A stretch of 64,000 bases of DNA. It comes from Octopus sinensis (taxonomy: Eukaryota). The notes beneath the pieces are model-generated. The model was not told where the DNA came from and searched no databases. It was given only the letters and a program-made list of their open reading frames with translations. Below, piece by piece: positions 55,739-64,000 of the stretch. The stretch spans positions 806,001 to 870,000 of the forward strand of contig NC_043001.1 of assembly GCF_006345805.1 (NCBI RefSeq). The letters are read 5' to 3'. A program made the translations under genes and the position numbers. The first letter of the stretch is position 1. Each line of letters starts with the position of its first letter.

Positions 55739-56229
55739 GCATACACAATTTCTCCGGCGTTATGCAAGCATTCAAACTTTGAAAATTCTGTCAGAGCACA
55801 AGTAATTTGAAAGAAATGTGGGGTACTTTAAGCTTTGTGAGAGACAACAAGCAGAAAATGTGTACTTTGTCTAAGGTACTTGTAAAAGAAAGAAACCAAG
55901 ATAGACATGGTGACAACTGGTGAGGTTGGAATGTCATAATGCTGGCCATTGTAGTGTATAAGACAATGATTGAGTCATCTCTGCTGCCACAGAAGAGATG
56001 GCACTGACTGATACATGGAATAAATTGTTGAGTTGAACCATGCAACCACATTAACATTGGAAAGCAAATGTTACAATGTTGCTAACTATGATGATGATGA
56101 TCTCGTATGTTCATTTATCCATTACAACAAAACCACCCACCCACCTGCCTATCTACCTTCCTACCAATACCTGCCTACCTACCTACCTGCCTACATTCCA
56201 ACCTGTCTATCTGTCTGTCTGTCTGTCTC

Positions 56230-56262
<33 letters not shown>

Positions 56263-56716
56263 ATTTCTTAATTGTCTAAATGTTCTCTTTCTATGCTTGC
56301 AGAGTCAAACAGAATTCGTTAAGGCAGATTATCTACAGCTGGATGCCTTTCCTGTTGCCAACCACCACCTATTTGCAAGCAATGCTTTATTTCCACATGG
56401 CCAGGCATGCTCTTTCACGGAAGACAGCAAATGAAGGACACCAACTGTATGGCATCAGTCAGGCTTATTTACCAACGTCACACAATGTCAGAACCAGGAG
56501 ACATGATTGCACACACACACATGCATACACATCGGTTTCCATCTACCATATCCACTCACAAAACTTTGGTTATCTCAGGGCTGTGGTAGAAGACACTTGT
56601 CCAAGGTGTCTCAATGTGGAACTGAACCCAAAACCACATAACTGAGAAACAGACTTCTAAGCCACACAGCCAGACCTGTGCATATATGTATATAAATATA
56701 TATATGTATATATACA

Positions 56717-57300
56717 CTAGCTGAATTACCCGGTATTGCCTGGGTTACTGCTGTTCTTATTCAGATTAGTAGACAATAAATATAAAGATATATATAATTA
56801 TTTCAAAATATTTATATTTTAATAAAAAATATCCAATTTGTAATAATAATAGAATTTAGGACTGAAAATCTGTCAATGTTGGAGTACCTCTGGGTAAACA
56901 ATGTTCATTGTGTAATTTTTTACTGGTGTCCAAATGAATAAATTGTTGCTGCTTCCAACTCATGAGTTGGTCATAGGAGAAGCATATGGTAGAAAGATGA
57001 AGTCCAATTACCGTGAGGGATTGACTCTGAGATTTGTCAATTAAAATACCAAAATTTAGTTTGACTGGAAAATGAAACCTCTTAAATTCATATGGAACAT
57101 CTGTAGGTATGGGAGGAAATTTTGGAATAAAGACATCTTTGTGACTACCAGTTATGATTGTTGCCTGTAGGACATGGGGCTCCATGGAAGAAAAAATTAA
57201 GTGAGTTCCATTACATAGACAAGGTGAGTCAAGATTCCTAAGCAACATAATGGGAGCATCCAGCATTAGTGTCAAGTTATGTGGTGGCACTCCAGTGGGT
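56717..57300 (-). mobile_element. Helitron 3' fragment (PIF1-like helicase C-terminus plus terminal hairpin and CTAG)
   Basis: PTGVPPHNLTL..DAPIMLLRNLDSP.LCNGT.L...FKRFHFPVKL.F...IDKSQSQSL is the Helitron helicase signature. Minus strand ends ACCCAGGCAATACCGGGT hairpin, then CTAG|T at 56720-56716. Confidence 0.9.
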
Positions 57301-57688
57301 TGACACACATACACTCGCACACATATATTAAAACAGACACACACAGACATACATTTATGTAATGAACACACAAACACACACACTGACAGACACATACACA
57401 CACACTGACAGACACATACACACACACTGACAGACACATACACACTCATATACAAAATGTGTCATGGTGGCGGTGGTGGTATAAAATGTCCTTTACTATA
57501 GTTGACTATAGAAAGAATATTTTGGAGAAAATGTTATATTATTTTAATCGAAATGAAAATAAAAATTACATGTTGACACTTTCAGGCTCTGATAGTATTA
57601 CCTTGTAAAATTTGATTTGATTTGGTGGAGCCATTTGAGAATGCATAGGGAAAAGACAGACAGACAGCAATACAGAGAGACTAAGAAT

Positions 57689-57729
<41 letters not shown>

Positions 57730-57731
<2 letters not shown>

Positions 57732-58077
57732 CGTTTCGTGGCCGTTTGCCAGCTCTGTCTGGCCCCCGTGTTGGTGGCACGTAAAAGCACCATCCGTTCG
57801 TGTCCGTCACCAGCCTCGCCTGGCTCCCGTGCCGGTGACACGTAAAAGCACCATCCGTTCATGGCCGTTTGCCAGCTCTGTCTGGCACCTGTGCGGGTGG
57901 CACGTAAAAAGCACCCACTACACTCACGGAGTGGTTGGCGTTAGGAAGGGCATCCAGCTGTAGAAACACTGCCAGATCTGACTGGGCCTGATGAAGCCTT
58001 CCAGCTTCACAGACCCCAGTTGAACCGTCCAACCCATGCTAGCATGTAAAACGGACGCTAAATGATGATGATGATGA

Positions 58078-58080
<3 letters not shown>
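57730..58080 (+). mobile_element. RTE 3' UTR/tail copy with about 3 internal units
   Basis: GTG..GGTG.CACGTAAAAGCACC at about 57768, 57829 and 57891, then the shared tail and (GAT)n. Confidence 0.85.
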
Positions 58081-58141
<61 letters not shown>

Positions 58142-58811
58142 GCGAGCAAAACGCCCCCCATCCAATTGATGGTGCTGAGTTGTCAAACATTTAAACCAAA
58201 TTTTCTCAAAACAACTTGTCCGACAATTCCATAGGCCTCTCCTTTGAGAAACACTGATTTAACCTACATTTGAGACACCAGCAAAAGAAGAAATAAAGAT
58301 AGACTTTTTTCTATTCCAAAGTAAAACGATTTTATTTACACAAATATGCAACCAAAGAGTTTAAAGTACCAGAAATGATAAAGCTGTTGACTGGGAGAAC
58401 ACAAACATGGTTTAAACAGTAAGCTTGGCAGCAAAGAAATGTGCCTTTAAGCAGTACAAAAACAACTTTATTGATCGCATTCTCACATGGAATTGATTTT
58501 TGTAATTTTTTCAAGACTTATACGCGTCCTGATACCATTGGTATCTACATATCAAATTTGAGTGCAATCGGATGGAGGATGCCCGAGATCCTAGAAGACA
58601 TACACACAGACAGACAGACAGAACGGATTTTATATAATATATATATATATATATATATAATAATAAATATTAGGGAATAAATCCAAACTTACAGGGAAAA
58701 ATCAGATTTAGGATTGAATCCAATTTTATAGTAAAATATTATATTATATTATATTAAAATATATTATATTATATTAAAATTCTAGTTCATTGTTTAAACC
58801 TCGCCAAGAAA

Positions 58812-58890
58812 AATATTTAAACCACCTGATGAATGACTGCAACTCAAAAAATTGAAGACAGCAGGCATGAAACGATCGTAGTGTGATATT
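58812..58890 (+). ncRNA. Candidate type I hammerhead ribozyme
   Basis: CAC-CTGATGA(58826-32)-ATGaCTGC...GCAGgCAT-GAAA(58869-72)-CGATCG-TA-GTG: intact core, stem II extended by a TCAA/TTGA hairpin, ACGATCGT palindromic stem III, GUA triplet, stem I CAC/GTG plus AATAT/ATATT. Confidence 0.7.
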
Positions 58891-59004
58891 AATTATATTT
58901 TTTAATAATTTTGTTATATATTTAAATAATATAAATTAATCATATGTATTGGCTTAAGTTTTTCATTGTTTGATTTGCCTAATAGTGGTTTTGTTTCTAA
59001 TATA

Positions 59005-59054
<50 letters not shown>

Positions 59055-59094
59055 TATAAAAATATATATATATAAGCCAAGTGAGACCATAAGC

Positions 59095-59420
59095 ATGGCC
59101 TATGCCAGTGTCACATGACCAGCCCATTTAAGAGTACCCTTCAATCATTGGGCAATAAACTATGCTTGTAAAAATCTGTTGAATCAAGTGAAGTCACTGT
59201 CATGGCCAATGCCAATCCTGCCTGACTGGCACCCATACCGGTGGTATGTAAAAAGCACCATTTATGTGTGGTCGATGCCAATGCTGCCTGACTGGTCCCG
59301 TGCTGGTGGCACATAAAAAGCACCATCTGAGCATGGTCATTGCCAGTGCCATCTGACTTGCCAACCCTCAAACAGCCCAAACCATGCCAGCATAGAAAGT
59401 GGACATTAAACGAGATGATG
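59095..59420 (+). mobile_element. Older RTE 3' UTR/tail copy with about 2 internal units
   Basis: GGTGGTATGTAAAAAGCACC and GGTGGCACATAAAAAGCACC, followed by the CCATGCCAGCAT...TTAAACGAGATGATG tail. Confidence 0.75.
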
Positions 59421-59447
59421 ATATATATATACATATGTGTATATATG

Positions 59448-59553
<106 letters not shown>

Positions 59554-60919
59554 TAGATATATATAAGCCAGCATTATAATTTTTGTGAAACCTCTCAGTC
59601 TGGAGCATAACTTCTGATTATGAATGTGCTCAAACTTTGGGGTTCTGTAGCTTGTGCTTGAGACCATGGTGCTCTCATGTTGCTGAGCCTGGAACCCATA
59701 TTGGCACTGGATATCCTGTCCCACCTTATTTCTGGCTCATGTCAATAGAGAAGAGTCTAAGAGGTGTAATGCAAGTCTTGACCTAAAACTTTGCACAGGC
59801 ATGAGTAGACATTCATCATATCAGGAACAGACAGACACAGGCACACACACACACACACACACATGCACAGCTATATCTTTCTCAACATGGTCATTGAATA
59901 CATTAAGCTAGAAAAATAAAATCAATTTATTATAAAATGAAAATAAAATTATGAATCTCTGTTCTTGAAATTACTCTTTAGAAAACTTATGAATAAATAT
60001 TTGCTTTCCTGTGTTAAGATTTAATATGTTACTTTTTTCACAATAAGAAATGCCACCTACCCACTTACCATCCATCTGCCTGTCTGTCATCACTGCTTTT
60101 ACCTTGATCTTTAAACAAGTCATCTAGACAACTCACAGGCACCGTCCACTTCAGTTTCCTCCATTCAAGCATTCAGAAAATAGTTGAATGATTATTTTCT
60201 CAGAGCCATTTCGAAGGTTTTATTATTAAACAATTTGCCATGAATGAATAGTATGTAATTCCACAAAACGACACAGAAGCAACATTCCTTTACAGTCTTC
60301 ACCTCAATCTGACACCAAAATCTGACACTCTTCCATATCTCTTGTTCTCTCCTTGTGTGTGTGTGTGTATAGGAAAGGAGGGGAAGGGGGTGAAGCTTTA
60401 ATGAAGTTGGGACCACAAAAAGGAAAAAATATATATATAAATTTATATATAATTTCCTCTTTCTCTCAACATCCAATTCCTTCCCTTATATGAAGTAATC
60501 TACCCAGTATTCATTCTTTACCGAGTGAAGAAACAGTATGGATGATTTGTTTTGGGGTCTCGCAATACCATGTACGCCTATGAGGATTTACTTTCCCAAT
60601 GAAACTCGGTTTTTTCTCAAACTTTTTCTCAAACCTGTCATTATGTGATACATGTCTTTGGTGTGGTAATTGTATGTGGCTGAAGAAGGCTTTTGATTTA
60701 TCTGTTATATCAATTATACATTGATATAAGTTTTTCAATAAAGCCCGAAACATATGTACTGCAAAATCCTTTGTGTCCTGTTTTTCTTTTGATACATATA
60801 TCCTATCACCTATACCACTAGCTGGCATATACAGGTGCTTACCTTTATCAAGTATCCACCCTGAATTTTATGTATATATAAATATAAATGGAATAATTAC
60901 TATGAAGCATTGTGTAGAA

Positions 60920-61236
60920 TATATTGTATAAAGGATCGTGGGTAAGGCCAAAACAATGCGAAGGAAATGCAAGATAAATCACAAGAAAACAAATATGTGA
61001 ATTAATGTAGACTTGCCTTGTATTCAATATTTTGGGGTTATGAGCCCATTTTCAAGAAAATAAACAAATGTTGCAGATGTACGATGTGCACATCGGCAAC
61101 ATTCATTTTCTTGAAAATGGGCTCATAATCCCAAAATATTGAATATACTGTAAGTCTACATTCATCCACATATTTGCTTTCTTGTGATTTACTTTGCACT
61201 GTTTTGGCCTCCCCAATGATCATTTATACAATATAT
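60920..61236. mobile_element. About 315 bp foldback palindrome (MITE-like), TA-flanked
   Basis: Left arm ATATTGTATAAAGGATC..GGCCAAAACA..ATGAGCCCATTTTCAAGAAAAT..ATGTTGCAGATGT mirrors the right arm, with only about 9 nt at the centre (61081-61089). Confidence 0.75.
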
Positions 61237-61469
61237 ATATATATATAACGAATGAGCAGATTATTATATTGATATGTGGGTTTGTGTGTTTATATATTCA
61301 CACACACAACCATTATTATTATTGTCCTCATCTTCATTGCTGGTTCAATGTTTATGTTTCCATTCTTCAATGAATCTGTGAAAATTTTAGTTGATATCTC
61401 TGTGACTGCATGCTTTTCTTGTCGCTAGCCTTCATCTGTCTTCATGTAATATTCCCAATATTTTAAAGA

Positions 61470-62677
61470 TATCACACTCCAGGGGAGAAACTAGAAGTAG
61501 TTGATAGTTTCCGCTACCTAGGTGACCAAGTTAGTACTGGAGGTGGATGCTCAGAGAGTGTCACCACTAGAATATGAATAGCCTGGGCAAAGTTTAGAAA
61601 GCTCCTACCCCTACTGGCGACAAAGGGTCTCTCGCTCAGAGTGAAAGGTAGATTGTATGATGCATGTGTGCGAACTGCCATGCTTCACGGTAGTGAAACA
61701 TGGGCTGTGACTGCAGAGGACATGCGTAGACTTGAAAGAAATGAAGCTAGCATGATCCGCTGGTTGTGTAATGTCAGTGTGCGTGCACGACAGAGTGTAA
61801 GCACCCTGAGAGATATGCTGGACATAAGAAGCATCAGATGTGGTGTGCAAGAGCGACGCTTGCGATGGTATGGTCATATACTGCGGATGGATGAGGAGAG
61901 ATGTGTGAAGAAGTGCTGCTCCCAAACAGTTGAAGGTATCAGGGTGAGAGGTAGACCTAGGAAGACATGGGATGAGGTAGTCAAGCATGACCTCAGAGCG
62001 TTGGGCCTCACAGAGGCAATGACAAAGGACCGAGATCTCTGGAGATATGCTGTGACTGCAAAGACCCGGGCTGCTTCCTGCACCAGTTCTGTATAGCCCC
62101 AGCTCATTCAAAGTACCTTGGATTTCAGAACAACCCACTGTGCTTGAGGAGACCTGTTGAGTCAAGTACATGAACGTGAACATCGAAATAAATATCAATG
62201 GAAATAGTAGTTGTGATACCTGTGCCGGTGGCACATAAAAAGCACCATCTGAACGTGGCCGATGCCAGCACCACCTGGACTGACTTCTGTGCCGGTGGTA
62301 CGTAAAAAGCACCATCCGAATGTGGCTGATGCCAGCGCCACCTTGACTGGCTTCTGTGTTGGTGGCACATAAAAAGCACCATCCGAATGTGACCAATGCC
62401 AGCACCGCCTTGACTGGCTTCCGTGCTGGTGGCACGTTAAAAGCACCAACCGATCGTGGCCACTGCAAGACTCCCCCGGCACTTGTGCCGGTGGCATGTA
62501 AAAAGCACCCACTACACTCACGGAGCGGTTGGCATTAGGAAGGGCATCCAGCTGTAGAAACACTGCCAGATCAGACTGGAGCCTGGTGCAGCCTCCTGGC
62601 TTCCCAGACCCCGGTCGAACTGTCCAACCCGTGCTAGCGCAGAAAACGGACGTTAAACGATGATGATGATGATGATG
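61470..62677 (+). mobile_element. Young 5'-truncated RTE-clade LINE: ORF2 3' end, 3' UTR and (GAT)n tail
   Basis: GEKLEVVDSFRYLGDQVS.GGGCSESV..RI*IAWAKFRKLLPLL..KGLSLRVKGRLYDACVRTAMLHGSETWAV...RRLRWYGH..RM...RGRPRKTW with a single TGA (probably CpG decay); ORF ends 62096; UTR carries about 67 bp units. Confidence 0.95.
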
Positions 62678-63249
62678 AATTCATAACTGCACAAGCTTTT
62701 GCTGAGGATTGTATACAAATGACTATCTTTTGTTTGTAATTAGGATGCACCTCATAACAAGCAGAACACATCTACCATACATACTCTCTCTCTCACACAC
62801 GACATTTAATTAGTTATATTTCCTACAATTTTGGACTCATGACCTACTTTAGAGCTAATAAAAATATTTTTCTTCTGTTTCTACATGAGGATGTATTTAT
62901 ATATTTTAAATTATAGAGCATTTAAACAACAGAAAATCATTAAACACCTGCTTCTGTATTCAATAATTGAGGCATTTATCAAGACTTCATACTTGAATTT
63001 CAGTTTGTAGTTTTCAGATTTTTTAAATATCATTAGAGTGCACCTAGCTACATCTTGCAGCATCCCAGTCTGTCACAATGCACTTTTCCAAAACTACTGG
63101 ACTAGATCAATAGATCTATTCTGCATTTTCAAACTGATATCTGAGTGTTTGATGAAAATTTCTCAAATTTACCTATTTGTTTGAAACCATTTACTGTTCA
63201 GTTCCATGCTAACCAACAATTAACCATGATACACCATCAAGACGAGAGA

Positions 63250-63560
63250 AAAAAAAAGAGACATTACATAGGTATGTTTGAGGATAAATTCAAATAAAGG
63301 TTTTACAGCAACAAGACATCCTTCATTCCAAAATGGACTTCCACAATATAAGCAAGCTATATTTTGAAACTAAAAGAGGACAATATGGATTATGAAATCA
63401 GGTGGAAGATTCTCAAAAGCTCTGGATCATACACCAGTATGGGAAGGAAATGTCAACTTTGTAGAGCAAATACGTTGCTGGAAAGATTGAAAAGCTCTGG
63501 CAACAGCATTAAATGTCAGAGGAGATATCTTTAATAGATTCTCTCCTGAAATAGAAATTT
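63250..63560 (+). mobile_element. Decayed Penelope-like element, GIY-YIG endonuclease C-terminus
   Basis: From 63259: RHYIGMFEDKFK*RFYSNKTSF...ASYILKLKEDNMDYEIRWKILKSSGSYTSMGRKCQLC matches the PLE GIY-YIG pattern YIG.T...FK.R...HK.SF...LS.YIW.LK....I.W.I...C.LC. Confidence 0.8.
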
Positions 63561-64000
63561 ATATAAACCCACTGGAATACTTAAGACCAACATTTACTCC
63601 CACATGCACTCATTCCTCTAGCATCTCTACATATGTCTATATAACTTCGATATCAAAATAACTTTGACACTCTGATTCATGGTTTGATAGACATTCATAA
63701 ACTTCACTTTCTTAAACCACTTTGTACACCTGTGCAACATCTAGATATCACTTATATCTTCACTTCTAGTCCATCCACGCATAAACTCCACAAACTCTGG
63801 TACATACAGTTTCTTCAGCCATACTACACATCCTGTTGCACAGACAAACAAGCATCACAAAACCCGTTACCAACAAGACGTTGATCATATACATTTATAC
63901 AACCAGTTTATCAAATAGTACATCACACCTGACAAAACAATTTAACAGTGTATAAGCTGTCACAAAAATTTTTTGTCATTCATTAATAATCTAATGAACA

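Noticed and set aside
61611-62468. 285 aa minus-strand ORF
   Set aside because: It is antisense to RTE ORF2 and its UTR repeats, with no independent motif.
62221-62510. CRISPR-like repeat-spacer look of the 67 bp units
   Set aside because: The apparent spacers are homologous to each other and lie in a LINE 3' UTR.

Overview
Repeat-dominated eukaryotic DNA: AT-rich, with very dense (CA)n/(TA)n/(TATC)n/(AAT)n/(GA)n microsatellites. The repeat families and microsatellite load resemble an Octopus (coleoid cephalopod) genome; this is inference from recall, not a database hit. I recognise no intact host gene, rRNA, true tRNA or CRISPR array. Most listed ORFs are microsatellite read-throughs. Interpretable coding sequence is decayed transposon: RTE LINEs (1-960 minus; a young 5'-truncated copy at 61470-62677 plus many copies of its 3' tail), four R4/Dong-type RLE LINE pieces, Tx1/L1, CR1, Penelope-like remnants and Helitron pieces. 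At least three tRNA-derived SINE families are present. The most interesting signals are two type I hammerhead-ribozyme-like motifs with palindromic stem III (8977-9024, 58812-58890) plus fragments, a ~315 bp near-perfect foldback (60920-61236), an inverted/direct repeat mosaic between TA tracts (19458-20205), an 18 bp perfect hairpin, a young 38 bp VNTR, and a few orphan candidate exons. Boundaries of decayed elements are approximate.
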